58,561 nt of DNA from Octopus bimaculoides (lineage: Eukaryota). The stretch is taken from assembly GCF_001194135.2 (NCBI RefSeq), contig NC_069009.1, forward strand, positions 7,644,949 through 7,703,509. The letters are read 5' to 3'. A program made the position numbers and the translations under genes. Shown piece after piece: positions 37,238 to 49,902 of the stretch (position 1 is its first letter; each line of letters starts with the position of its first letter). The notes beneath the pieces were generated by a model. It made no database searches and was not told where the DNA came from. It saw nothing but the letters and a program-made list of their open reading frames with translations.

Positions 37238-37269
37238 GTGCGTATGTGTGTGTATGTGCGTGCATTATA

Positions 37270-38890
37270 TATTGAGTCATTCCATAAATAATGCGGTTTT
37301 TTCAATTGCATGAACTAAAAGTTGGAGGGGGATGGGATAAACTACCTGCATCAACTTGCTATAAAAGCAGGTAGTAATTTTACCTTGAACTTATACTTAG
37401 TGCAAGTTCTGAAGAGTGCATTAGATAGTTAATTTTTCCAAGCTATAATGGAAGTGACAAAGGAGAATATTCGGCATATGTTGCTTTATGAGTTCAATAA
37501 AGGCAGCAACGGAAAGTGCGAGGAATATCAATGCAGAAATTCCGAGCTGGAAACTACAGCCTAGAAGACGATCCTCGTCCTGGAAGATCTGTAGAGCTCG
37601 ACGAGGACATCCTGCAAACCCTAATGGAACAAAATCCCATCGTAACTGTTGAAGAACCACCAAAAGAAGCTTGGATTTGGTCATTCAACCATTCATCGAC
37701 ACCTGCATGCCATCGGAAAAGTCAGCAAATTGGGTTGATGGCTTCCTCACAAGCTTTCCGAGTCTAATCACGCGCAGAGAGTGAATCTGTGCTCTTCTTT
37801 GCTATCACGTCTCACGAACGAACCTTTTTTTCTGACCGAAGAGTAACTGGTGATGAGAAATGGATTCTCTGTAAAAATCTCAAGCACCAAAGACAGTGGG
37901 TAGGGAAAGGAGAAACACCGGCACCCCAGGCTAAAGAAGGTCTTCACCACGTAAGGTATTGCTATCTGTTTGGTGAGATATGAAATGTTTAGTCCACTTT
38001 GAACTTTTAAACCAAAACCAAACGATAACAAAGGAAATCCACTGCGAGTAGCTTCAGCGGCTTAAGTCAGTGCTAGAAGAAAAACGACCAACTTTGGTTT
38101 CAAGACGAAAGATGTTCTTCCATCAGGTTAATCTTGGACACATACAGCCAGAATAACATTCCGAAGACTGGAGCAGTTTGAAGGGGAAACGATGCCCCAC
38201 CCACCATATTCCCCAGACATTGCCCCATCTGGTTATCATTTATTCTGCAGTCTTCAAAATCATTTGGGCGGGGAAAAAATGAATTCTATAGACGAGGTCA
38301 GAACAGTACTGGAGGAGTATTTTTCGTCACAGACAAGTGAGTTTTGGAAAAGGGGCCTTGCAAGTCTATCAGACAGATGAAAGAGCGTTGTAGAAAATGA
38401 AGGAGAGTATATTTTAGATTAGAAAAGAACTTAGCTTATCTAAATTTTGAAAAATAAAGAAAGTATTTAAAAAAACGCATTGAGTGGCTGTGTGATAAGT
38501 AGCTTGCTTACGAATCACATGGTCTCGGGTTCAGTCCCACTGCGTGGCACCTTGGGCAAGTGTCTTCTACTATAGCCTCGGGCCAACCAAAGCCTTGTGA
38601 GTGGATTTGGTAGACGGAAACTGAAAGAAGCCCGTCGTATATAATATATATATGTATGTATGTGTGTATATGTTTGTGTGTCTGTGTTTGTCCTTCCAGC
38701 ATTGCTTGACAACCGATACTGGTGTTTACATCCCCGTAACTTAGCGGTTCGGCAAAAGAGACCGATAGAATAAGTACTAAGCTTACAAAGAATAAGTCCT
38801 GGGGTCGATTTGCTCGACTAAAAGGCGGTGCTCCAGCATGGCCACAGTCAAATGACTGAAACAAGTAAAAGAGTATAGGATAACCCAATA
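37270..38890 (+). mobile_element. Mariner (DD34D-type) transposon, pseudogenised; right TIR split by a SINE
   Basis: TA-flanked TIR tattgagtcattccataaataatgcggttttt; transposase 37448-38422 with VTGDEKW and HPPYSPDIAPS(G)YHLF, frameshifted. Confidence 0.92.
38482..38874 (+). mobile_element. SINE family A, near-consensus copy inside the mariner TIR
   Basis: Head through tail ..aaacaagtaaaagagta. Confidence 0.93.
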
Positions 38891-39799
38891 TACACTGAAC
38901 CGTAAAAGAAACACGATTTTTTCAAATGTCATTTTTATGTGGTAAATTCTGAAATTTTATTTCGGGGATGTAAGTGTAAATAGTCCAAGACATGTTGGTT
39001 TATGGCTGAGACCCAAATTGCAGGTAACCTTTCAACTTTCCCTGAAACGAGACGCCAAAACGCAGCTGCATTGAATGCCGTAGGTGGCAATCGCAAACAA
39101 TTGTCATGAAAACCGAAATGCACGTGCATCTCGTGGAGGTCATGAGCATAAAAATCGACTTGAACCGCGTTCCTGGAATTCGTAATTCGGACGCTGAGTT
39201 TGACGGGCATTCATAATTTGGACGCTGAGTTTATTGTAAGTTGCTGGTTATATTAATTGTAAATTTAATTGTTGAATTTGCTCTTGTTCCATATGTTGTG
39301 TGTATTTTTTTTTTAAAAACACCTTGTTTTACTGCATTTGACAGAATTGTGAACTTTTTACCCCCTTGTGTGAAAGGGAAAACTATCACAGAGAAAAAGT
39401 TGTTTTGTATGACATTCTACCAGTGTCCCAAGTTTGAGAGTGTTTCGTTAAGAAAACAAGTGTTGCCCGTCAAATCACAAAGATCCAGTATAAGTCCTGG
39501 GGTCGATTTGTTCGACTAAAGGTGGTGCTCCAGCATGGCCGCAATCAAATGACTGAAACAATTAAAAGAATAAAAGAATTCACACACATACAGTCATAAA
39601 CATAAACATATATGCATGCATATATTTATCTTTTACCTGTACCTTTCATTGCACTGCGGATTACAACAGATTACAGAACTCAGTACGTTGGACGTAGACT
39701 ATTCTTTAATGCATACAGTGGAACAGCTTATAATTGCCAGTCATCCGATTTTCACACTGTCGTTTTCCAGCTAGTAATCCCATTCTGTTTCTTCTTGTT

Positions 39800-40165
39800 T
39801 ATTTTTTTATCTTTTACTTGTTTCCGCCATGTTGGAGCACTGCCTTAAAGAATTTTCAGTCGAAAGAATCGACCCAAGTTCTTGTTTTTCTTTTTTTTAA
39901 GCCTGGTACTTACTTTTTTTTGCCGAACTAAGTTACGGCAACGTAAACACGCAACACCGGTGTCAAGCAGTGGTGGGGGCAAACGCACACACACACACAC
40001 GTATACGACGAGCTTCTTTCAGTTTCCATCTATCAAATTCACTCACATGGCTTTGGTTGGCCTGAGACCATAGTAGAAGACACTTGCCTAAGGTACCACG
40101 CAGAGGGATTGAACCTGGAACCATGTAATTGGGAAGCAAGCTTCTTACCACACAGCCATGCCTGT
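39800..40165 (-). mobile_element. SINE family A
   Basis: Full structure on the minus strand. Confidence 0.85.
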
Positions 40166-40659
40166 GATTTTGAATGTGTTTTGAATATATTATACGAAAG
40201 TTATAAGAAGACTTTTATTCTTTAAATTTGTGCGTGGGATACGTGCAAGATCGACTGTCGAGGTTGCGTTTTTCATTTCACTTTTGGCTTTTGTGGGAAT
40301 ACTCCAAGCATCGTTGTTTTTATCTAATTTAACCTTCTATTCGGCTTTTACAGCACATACAGTGGAGGTCACTCTAAGAACTGTCTTCTTATGAAATTGT
40401 GTCATTCTTTAAGCAATATTTTTAAAACAATTTCAAAAAGTATTTTGACAACATTAGTTAAAGAATATCCTCGGTTTCTTCCGATGATGATGCATTTATG
40501 GGAGAAATGAGTATTGCAATGATGCACTCAAAAATAGTGGGTTGTTCGACAAGACGAGACATGAACTATTAAAAGTACACAACGAAAGGATAGGATTTGG
40601 AAAATAAACATTTTATGATACAACTTAGTATTTGATAAAAAAAGAAAACAACTAAATTA

Positions 40660-41048
40660 GGTGCAGATGTGGCTGTGTGGTAGGGAGCTCGCTTCCCAAC
40701 CACATGGTTCCGGGTTCAGTCTCACTGCGTAGAACCTTGGGCAAGTGTCTTCTACTATAGCCACGGACCGACCAAAGCCTTGTGGGTGGATTTGGGAGAC
40801 GGAAACTGAAAGAAGCCCATGGTGTGTGTCTGTGTGTGCGTGTGTCTTTGTATTTGTTCCCCCAGCACCGCTTGACAACCAGCATTGGTGTGTTTATGCC
40901 CCTGTAACATAGCGATTCGGCAAAAGCGGCCGATACAATAAGTACTAGGCTTTAAAAAGTCCTGGGGTCGATTTGTTCGACTGAAAGCTTTCAAGACAGT
41001 GCATCAGTATGGCTGCAGCCAAATGACTGAAACAAGTAAAAGATAAAA
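40660..41048 (+). mobile_element. SINE family A
   Basis: Full structure. Confidence 0.88.
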
Positions 41049-41249
41049 GACACTAGCTAAAGAATTCCTTAATTTAATAATATACCATTTTCTGCTGGGG
41101 TATAAGTATAGTTAGATCCTAAACAGGAATTGAGTTAAAGTTAGTTATTCGGCTAGTTAGAATTTTCGTTGTTGTATGAGAGGATATGATCCAGCAAGAC
41201 TGAAGAAAAAGTCAGGCAACCAACTGGCTAACACCAATCCTGCAACTGT

Positions 41250-41660
41250 AGAATTCATGAAAACTTTCCCCAATATTATATCTACTTTACAAAGGCGATG
41301 ATATAGAGTAGAAGCTAACAACAGAGATGAACTTAAAATATATATTTGGGTAAATGAATTTATATTCAAAAATCAATTATATAAATGCAGACATTTATTT
41401 GTCAGCCCAGATAAAAATACGCTATGGCTATGTCGAAATGTATATGGTTCTTATAGACGGCAAGTCCTCACAAATTAAAAAAACTACCCGATCGAGTGTC
41501 AATAAGGCACAACGGAACAGGAATGACAGTTTCAAATCAAAAATGTGATATGACCTTTGTTTAAATGAAAAATTAAGAAATGTTTCAAGGAAGTGATAGT
41601 TCGAACAAAAGAACTGAACTATTAGTGCCTTGTATTCACGTAGCGAAGTATTTTTTTTTT
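41250..41660 (+). mobile_element. PLE GIY-YIG fragment
   Basis: CNCRIHENFP..YRVEANNRDELKIYI..DLCLNEKL..NKRTELLVPCIHVAKY. Confidence 0.7.
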
Positions 41661-41793
41661 TTTTTAAGAACANNNNNNNNNNNNNNNNNNNNNNNNNNNN
41701 NNNNNNNNNNNNNNNNNNNNNNNNNNNNNNNNNNNNNNNNNNNNNNNNNNNNNNNNNNNNNNNNNNNNNNNNNNNNNNNNNNNNNNNNNNNNN

Positions 41794-41864
<71 letters not shown>

Positions 41865-42149
41865 CATTATTTTATATATTTCAGTCATTGGACTGTGACT
41901 TTTCTGGAACAGATCTACGTCAGTGCACCTAATTTTTGAGTTTGGTACTTAATCTATCACTTTCTTTGGCTGAACCGTTAAGTTACAGGGGCATAACCAA
42001 ACCAACACCTCGTCAAGCGGTGGGGTTACAAAGTCAAAGATATGCGCTCATGCATGTGTGTTTGCACACGAATACACTCACACACGCACGCACGTGTAGG
42101 TGCACACACACACACAATCACATATATACATTTGGCCAGACGTATATGA

Positions 42150-42490
42150 TAAACTCTGTCGTATATGAGACAGAAGTAACTGCAGCTCTTCAAGATAACC
42201 TACCTAAAAAGAAGAATCACATCGGGTTATACGAAGGCGATTTCAAGAAACGTTATGCAAACCACCTACCTTCTTTCCAGCACATCGACGCAAGTAATGC
42301 CACTAAGTTGACTAGCCACGTATGGGTTTGAATACGAACTCCACACTACATACAATTAAGCAGAGAGTCGTGGAAAAATCCAAGCCATATATTAAAGCAT
42401 CTAAGAAATGCAACCTATACGTAGCAGAAATATTACATATTCTTTTTATATCCCAAAATTCCACCACACTGCTTAATTCCAGATCTGAAT
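42150..42490 (+). mobile_element. PLE GIY-YIG fragment, paralogous to 25090-25500
   Basis: VVYETEVTAALQD..NHIGLYEGDFKKRYANHLPSFQHIDASNATKLTSHVW. Confidence 0.8.
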
Positions 42491-42711
42491 GTGGATATTG
42501 AGCGGGATCCCTGGCCCCAATTCTGGCGGAATTGGGGCCAAATATNNNNNNNNNNNNNNNNNNNNNNNNNNNNNNNNNNNNNNNNNNNNNNNNNNNNNNN
42601 NNNNNNNNNNNNNNNNNNNNNNNNNNNNNNNNNNNNNNNNNNNNNNNNNNNNNNNNNNNNNNNNNNNNNNNNNNNNNNNNNNNNNNNNNNNNNNNNNNNN
42701 NTATATATGCA

Positions 42712-43205
42712 TGTACAGGCGTGGCTGTGCGGTAAGAAGCCTGCTTCCCAATCGCATGGTTTTGGATTCAATCCCACTGCGTGGAACATTGGGCAAGTGT
42801 CTTCTACTAGCCACGGGCCGACCAAAGCCTTGTGAGTTGATTTGGTAGACAGAAACTGAAAGAAGCCCGTCGTGTGTGATATGTGTATGAGTGTGGTGTG
42901 TGTATGTATGTGTGTGTGTGTTTGTGTCTGTATTCATCCCTCCATCATCGCTTCACAACCGAATCTGGTGTGTTTATTCCCGTAACTTAGCATTTCGTTA
43001 AAAAAAGATCGATAGAATAAGTACTAGGCTTACAAAGAATAAGTTCTGGGGTCAATTTCTTCGACTAAAAACCCTTTGAGCCGGTATTCCAGCGTTTCGG
43101 CAAAACAGACCGACAGAACAAGTCCTGAGGTCGATTTGTTTGACTAAACCCTTCAAGGTGGTGCTCCAGCATGGCCGTAGTCAAATGATTGAAACAAGTA
43201 AAAAC
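42712..43205 (+). mobile_element. SINE family A with a duplicated tail segment
   Basis: The aagt.ctg.ggtc.attt..gactaaa motif occurs twice. Confidence 0.8.
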
Positions 43206-43827
43206 AAAACAACTAAAAGAATATGTAGGTAGGTAGAGACAGACAGATGGTTTGTTAGACAAACAGACATGCAAAGAGACAGAGCAATTTAAAAAAGAAA
43301 ACAATAGGCAAACACGCAGACAGGCACAAAGACTAATCGATGCATGATTTCAATCAAAGCAAAACAGCCTTGATCTAGATTCTCCATCTATAGAATATTG
43401 GTTGTTGTTACTGTTGTAGTGGTGGTGATGGTGGTGTTGCTGTTGTAGTTGTTGCTAGTATGGATGTTAGTTGTAGAGTGGGCGTGATGGTGGTGGTACA
43501 AATCGAAGTGCATCGAAAATACACACTCACACATATATACATTCACACACAAACACATTCGCACACGGATGTACGCACATACATTGTTGAAAACACTGTT
43601 TTAACAATAACAGCTACAATAGTGTGTTTGTGCAAGTGTGTGTGTGTATGTATCCTGTCTGTACACACACACACACACACACACACATAGTGATTTAGAA
43701 AACCACAGCAAAGCAGTTGGAGAGAAAATCAATTCCATAGAGTAACGAATTTTTAAATGTGTGTATATAAAGTGTGTTTATGCGTGTATGTGTGTGTATA
43801 TGAATGAATGAACGTGAATGTGTGTGC

Positions 43828-44410
43828 TTTTTTCATTTACTTGGTCGAGTCACTTGACTGCGACCATGGTGGAGCACCATCTTTATTTGAACAAATCAAC
43901 CCCACGATTTATTATTTGTAAGCCTAGTACTTATTCTATCGGTCTTTTGCCGAACCGCTACGTTATCGGGACATAGATACACCAACATCGGTTGTCAAGC
44001 TATGGTGGGGGCGACAAATGCAGGCACAGAAATACATACACACACACATATTGCTTGTAGAAGCACACTCTAAGAAACTGCGACCATCTTGGGGCATTGC
44101 CTTGAAGGATTTAGTCGGACAAATCGACGCCAGTGCTTGTTTTTAAGACTGGTGCTTATTTGATCAGCCTCTTTTGCCGAATTGAAAAGTTACAGGAATG
44201 AAAACAAAGTAACATCGGTTATCAAGTGGTGGTGGGGGACAAACACAAAGACACGCACACACACACACACATGTATGACAGGATTCCACACAGTTTCCGT
44301 CTACTAAAATCTTCACAAGGCATTGGTGAGCCCGGGACTATAATAGAAGACAGCAGCCCAAAGTACCACGCAGTAGGACTGAACCCCAAAACGCATGGTT
44401 ACAGAGCGAG
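43828..44410 (-). mobile_element. Two adjacent SINE family A copies (one 3' part, one near complete)
   Basis: Tail motifs at 43830 and 44075; head at 44300-44410. Confidence 0.75.
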
Positions 44411-44559
44411 CTTCTTAATCATACGCCAAAAGTTTTCAATCCAAGACATGCCATAAAATTTTCTAGTTGCCATTTTATGGTCTGTCGTCGGTTCTTATTT
44501 CTTAATTCGGAACTTTTCTGTTATACTGCAACACTGCAAAGATTTTTCAAAGGGCTCCC

Positions 44560-44950
44560 GCGGACCCACCTCCATCAACCTTGGTGTGTCACAAATAACA
44601 GGCATGTTTCCAATACTTTTATTGCTGTACATTTATGACTGTATTATACAAAACATATCTTGGGGAACTCATCCCTCCAAGAAACAGCTATATGCAGATC
44701 TCCTGCCTGTTTTCCACTATTATAAGGGAAAGGCGTTTGCCCTTTGCAGGAGATCACTGACGAGCTAAAGAAGAGCTGGCAAGTGATCTACTGCTATGAA
44801 TGCCAAAGCATGGCCGTTCAAGAGCAGGTCGTCCGAACCACAACCTATGTAGATCAACTCGGATGCCTCTCCGAAGATCTCCCACAACTAAAGCAGAACC
44901 GAGGTGGACAGCATGAGCGGGTTGAAAATATCTGAGCAAGCATTATGATG
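44560..44950 (+). mobile_element. RTE-like LINE 3' fragment
   Basis: QNISWGTHPSKKQLYADL..RERRLPFAG..AGRP.TTYVDQL. Confidence 0.7.
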
Positions 44951-44974
44951 GTTATGACTGTATTTATAAGGGCA

Positions 44975-45140
44975 AAGGCGCGTGGCCTCGTGGTTAGAAT
45001 GTTACACTTACGATAGCAAGATGGTTATTTCGATTCCCAGACTGGGCGACTCACTGTTTTCTTCAGCAAGACACTTCTATTCACGTTGGTCCAGTCCACA
45101 TAACTGTAAATGAGTAACCCTACAACAGATTAGCGTCCCA
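44975..45140 (+). mobile_element. SINE family B
   Basis: gcgtggcctcgtggttag..ttcgattcc head; ccagtccacataactgtaaatgagt body. Confidence 0.65.
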
Positions 45141-45154
45141 ACCAGTCATTTTTA

Positions 45155-45450
45155 CACCTCGGGTCAACCAAAACCTTGAGAGTGGATTTAGTAAACGGAA
45201 AATGAAAGAAGCCCGTCGTATACATATATCTGTGTGTGCGTGCGTGCGTGTGTGTGTGCGTGCGCGTGCGCACCCTCGTGTCTGTGTCCTTCACCACCGC
45301 TTGACAATCACTGTTGGTGTGGTTATGTCCCTGTAACTTAGCGGTTCAGCAAAACGACCTCATAGAATAAGTACTGAGGCCGATTCATTCGACTAGAAAT
45401 TCTGCGAGGTGATGCCCCAGCATGACTGCAGTCTTGAAACATGTAAAAGA
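45155..45450 (+). mobile_element. SINE family A, 5'-truncated
   Basis: Core, linker and tail. Confidence 0.8.
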
Positions 45451-45459
45451 TATGTTTAT

Positions 45460-45501
<42 letters not shown>

Positions 45502-46539
45502 GCCATAAAATACAGCATAACATTGGTAAAAGTTACCAATAAAGACTGATATCGCGAAATATAGAACGTGGTACAATAATTAGATATGTATGTACATAAA
45601 AAGGCATGCTTGAATGTGTGTAAGTATACAAAAAAATATACATGCAGTGTGTGTGTATACATATATACACACGTACACATACATAAATTAGTACATATGT
45701 ACCTATACGCGTATATATGTATGTATTTAATATAAAAACGCACTTTATTTTTTGCTTACTGTATCTAACAACCATGTCATTGAACTTGGCCACACAACAT
45801 TCATTTAAGTTTCAACTAAGTTAAGAAAATCATGGCGGCTACAACGACAACGAAGTAGCAATTTTAAAATATTTAATGAGTTTAACACTGCTCCAGTCAG
45901 TGCACAAACAATAACATGTAGCAGAAATCTCGTATTATTGATGAATTGAGCAAAACAAAATATATTCCAGCAAATTTTAAGTTAATAGTTTGGGGAAAAG
46001 TGGAACGAGGGGCGTAAAATATTGTCACCAGATGTGCGCTTAGTGTGCAGAAAAAAATCAGGGAGTCGGCAGATCGTTTGCTGTAATTTATCACGAATTC
46101 TGTCTCACAATGTCTGCTTTTATGGGTTTATAATTTTATGACTGTTGTTTGAAGTTGAATTTAAATGGCGTATATAGTGACTAACCCAGTCGATATACAT
46201 ATATGCATGCATACAAACACACGTGTATACACACATTTTTCATATTTTTGTAAATACACACATGTATGTATTTGTGTGTATACACACACACATTCATGCT
46301 TACATACTCCCTATTAAACATAAATGTACTCATATATACGCGCACATATTAGCGTATGTATGTGTGTATTTATGTAAGCATGTATTTAAATACAGACATA
46401 TGCATGTGTGTGTGCACATCTATCTATCTATCTATCTATCTACAGAGTTTGCGGACTAAATTTGACGAATTTATGTCTCCTTTTTTCAGGAACAGCTTGA
46501 TGTATATGTTGGTGAATAGTTAACGGTGTTTAAGAGAAA

Positions 46540-47020
46540 AGATTAAAGATGTAATTCAGAAAAGTTAGCTGACATGGCGGACTGGACGCCATCTGAAAGG
46601 AACATTAGAAAAGAGTTGCTTGTATCATGATTCACACCAGGTATCAAAATGCCAACATCATGACTCCTACTCAATGCTCTTTGAACACTGTTAAGGCTGT
46701 AAGACATGACATGGATAGCTGTACAGGAGGCTATGAATGGCCCTAAATGTGAAATGGCAGCTACAAATGATAAACGAATACCCTCATGAAGACCTGCCGA
46801 AAGTTAGCAAGAAGATCAGGCAAACACAGCTGTGACTATCTGATCACTGCATGCACCACCCTGAACTGGGATGCATCCAAATTAGTTTTGTAGATCCCAC
46901 TTCATGGTGATGTAAGAAGAGGAAAAAAAGTAGTTAGCTTACATCAATAATTTAATCACAGACATTGGCCTGGATCGTAGGCAATGATGTTGGACCGAGA
47001 AGTGTGCCAGATGGACTTTG
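46540..47020 (+). mobile_element. Degraded RTE-like LINE 3' fragment
   Basis: ..ASKLVL*IPLHGDVRRGKKVVSYINNLITDIG resembles RTE termini. Confidence 0.5.
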
Positions 47021-47129
47021 TTACTGCAGCTTGGGTTGGAACCTGGCCATAGTAATAAAATTAACAGGAAACTGTGAAGGAAGGGACACAGCAGGTGTTC
47101 TGGCTGCATCTGCACACCAAAATTCGTCC

Positions 47130-47598
47130 CCACAATTCTGAACAGGCTATGTGAAACTGCTGAAGACTATGGTCAATCCCTTGCTGGAAAGGTTTGCTAC
47201 TAGAAGGCCATATGTGTGACAGTAGGATTTGGCTCCTTACCATACAACCAGAAAAAGTCCTGGCCTCTTAATTCCCTTGATTATAATCCCATGGATTATT
47301 ATGTGTGGGTCATGGTTGAGAAAGACACCAACCACTCTGCCTGCAACACCAAGACTGAGATGGTGATCAAGATAAAAAGGCGTTTGAAGATCTTCCTAGG
47401 GACAGAGTGATGAATGCATGTGTCAGGTTTGAGGGCTGGATCGTGGTGGAATCTGTATGTGGCAACTTTAAGAACACTGCTATCTCCCAGCCATAATCTA
47501 GTTGATAGTTCTTTTAACTTTTCAAAACACTATACTTTTGGGGTTGGATATTGTGTTTTCCTTTTATGAAAACTGCCAAATTTTGCTCAAACATCCTG
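47130..47598 (+). mobile_element. Tc1/mariner-superfamily transposase 3' fragment with one TIR
   Basis: WPLNSLDYNPMDYYVWVMVEKDTNHSACNTKTE; ends caaattttgctcaaacatcctg|TA. Confidence 0.7.
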
Positions 47599-47755
47599 TA
47601 TCTATCTATCTATATCTCTATTATCTATCTATCTATCTATCACTCTATTATCTATCTATCTATCTATCACTCTATTATCTATCTATCTATCTATTTATCT
47701 ATCTATCTATCAATCTATCTATGTATTTATCTGTGTGTGTGTGCGTTTGTGTGTA

Positions 47756-47792
<37 letters not shown>

Positions 47793-47801
47793 GCATGTAT
47801 A

Positions 47802-48617
47802 TCATTATTCAGTTTTATTTCAAGATTTTTTGCCAAAAGAGAGAGATCCAAAGTTCCTTCATTGGAATTTCAACAACATCAGCAGAGTATTTTTGCATGT
47901 ATGTGTGTATATGTGTGGTATTTGGAGTCAGTACATGTGCAGACTTGTGTGTTTTGTTTTGTATATGTATTCTCATGCATATAGTTGCATATCTATGCAT
48001 GCACATATATACTTAGATGATAAACATCTGGAAAATTTTACAGATTTTTACAGTTCCATTGATGGCTTGGATCAGTAGTCGTCAAATTAGCTTTCTGCTT
48101 TCTGGTTTTAAGAAGCCTAATTTCTCAAGATTGGTACTTAAGCAGTGTGTTACACACTCCAGTGCTCCAATAATTGCAGGTATAAATCTGAACTTGTAAT
48201 CTGGATAGAGTAACTGTAGATGCCTCAATAGATGTTTCTTTTTCACTGATCTTTATTTATGTCATTATTCAGTTTTATTTCATGATGTCTTGCCAATAAA
48301 GAGCCAGTTTCTAACCAAGGCTCTTTCATTGGAATTTCAACATCAACAGGGTATTTTTGTATGTATGTATTTATGTATGTATGTATATGTGCAGATTTGT
48401 ATGTTTTATTTTGTGTATGTATTCTTATGCATATAGTTGCATATCTAGATATGCTCATACATTCTTAAATGATAAACTTCTGGAAAGTGTTACAGATTTT
48501 TACAGTTCTAGTGATGGCTTAGATCTGTAGTTTTTGAATCAGCTTTCTCCTTTCTGCTTTTGAGAAACCTAATTTCTCAAGATTGGCATTTAGACAATTT
48601 GTTACATATTCCAGTGC
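47802..48617 (+). repeat. Tandem duplication, period ~460 bp
   Basis: 47802-48166 and 48262-48617 share tcattattcagttttatttca, cattggaatttcaaca, atgcatatagttgcatatcta, acagatttttacagttc and cctaatttctcaagattgg. Confidence 0.9.
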
Positions 48618-48618
48618 C

Positions 48619-48655
<37 letters not shown>

Positions 48656-48746
48656 AATGCATGCATGCATGCATGTATGTATGAATGAATGCATATACAT
48701 GAGAGTGCATACAGACATGCATTAATAGCTTTTCTATCTTTTCCAG

Positions 48747-48871
48747 CAGTGTCCAACTGCAGTGACTATCTTCCATCTCCTGAAAGATGCGGTACCCGAC
48801 CATCTGGATCTCAGAGGAACTATAGAATTATCGGTGGCTTTGAGGTCAGGCGCAATAGCTGGCCTTGGCAG
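48747..48871 (+). CDS. Exon of the protease gene: S1A zymogen activation site
   Basis: ttccag acceptor, cag|gtatgt donor, phase 1/0; VSNCSDYLPSPERCGTRPSGSQRNYR|IIGGFEVRRNSWPWQ. Confidence 0.92.
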
Positions 48872-49328
48872 GTATGTGTATACAGGGTGCCTAGGGTAGA
48901 TATTCTGACATGTTACTAGATACACCAAGGTAATCTTCCTGTTTGCTGTTCCATGTTGGGCTATGAACCCACACAACCATACATGAGGCCATGAACATTA
49001 GCTAAATAATGTTTGTGTATTCATGAATAGCTGCGTGGTTAATAAATTTAATTCGTAATTAGGTTGTTATGGGTTCAAATCCACTACACATCACATTGAA
49101 TAGGTGGCTTCTTCGGTAGCTTTGTCCCAACCAAAGACTTTTAAGTGAAATTCAGCAAAAGTAGCAGTGTCATTAGACCATATGGTAAAATGCCTCATGG
49201 TATTCATTTTGGTTAGTAGCATTCTGAGTTCAAATCTCACTGTGGTCTACTTGAGTAATAAACGTAATCTGCTACTTAGTTTAACACAACCACATGGTAC
49301 ATTTCAGACCTTAAGTGGAAAGGCCTCA

Positions 49329-49902
49329 GGAAAGCATAGTGGTGTATTTCAGCAATTATGAGAAATAACTCCAGGGGTGTTTCAGTCTTGTTATGGCCTC
49401 ATCAGTAAATGGAATCCACTTCATTGCAAGCATTTAGGCCAAGTCTCTGATGTGAGGATATCTTTCTCTCTCTCCTTCTCTCACCACCATTGCAGGCAAT
49501 ATAAAGGACCATAAGAACAGCCCTCTTCTCCTGAATAACAATAAAAAAAAGACAGAAAAATGTGTGGAAATCCAGCAGACAGAGCATTAATATTTTGTGG
49601 TTGAACATTACCTGTTCCATTAGCAGGGTTCACACTGCTGTAAGAATTCATGTCTGAGAATAACTTCTTCCCTTCCATCCACAAACTTTGGAAGCACTCT
49701 AAAAGGTCATAGGTGCAGCCCTTCATTCTATGATTTAGCCATTAAAATTTCTTAGTAATCTTATATATTTGCTTCATGATTTTCTCAATAATATTTTGGT
49801 AACTATAACTATAGTGAAGATGAGAATTTACTGATGAAATCATAAGACCAAAACACCACTGGAGTTATCTCCCATAATTGTTGAAATACAACATGCTTTC
49901 CT
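49329..49902. repeat. Inverted ~80-bp repeat pair around a 415-bp spacer, each arm with a CTGATGA..(G/A)AAACAC core
   Basis: The reverse complement of 49329-49410 matches 49826-49902. Confidence 0.75.

Noticed and set aside
49461-49510. Pyrimidine tract + ttgcag as the next protease exon
   Set aside because: The required phase-0 frame reads GCA ATA TAA (stop), and no CGG or TAAHC motif follows
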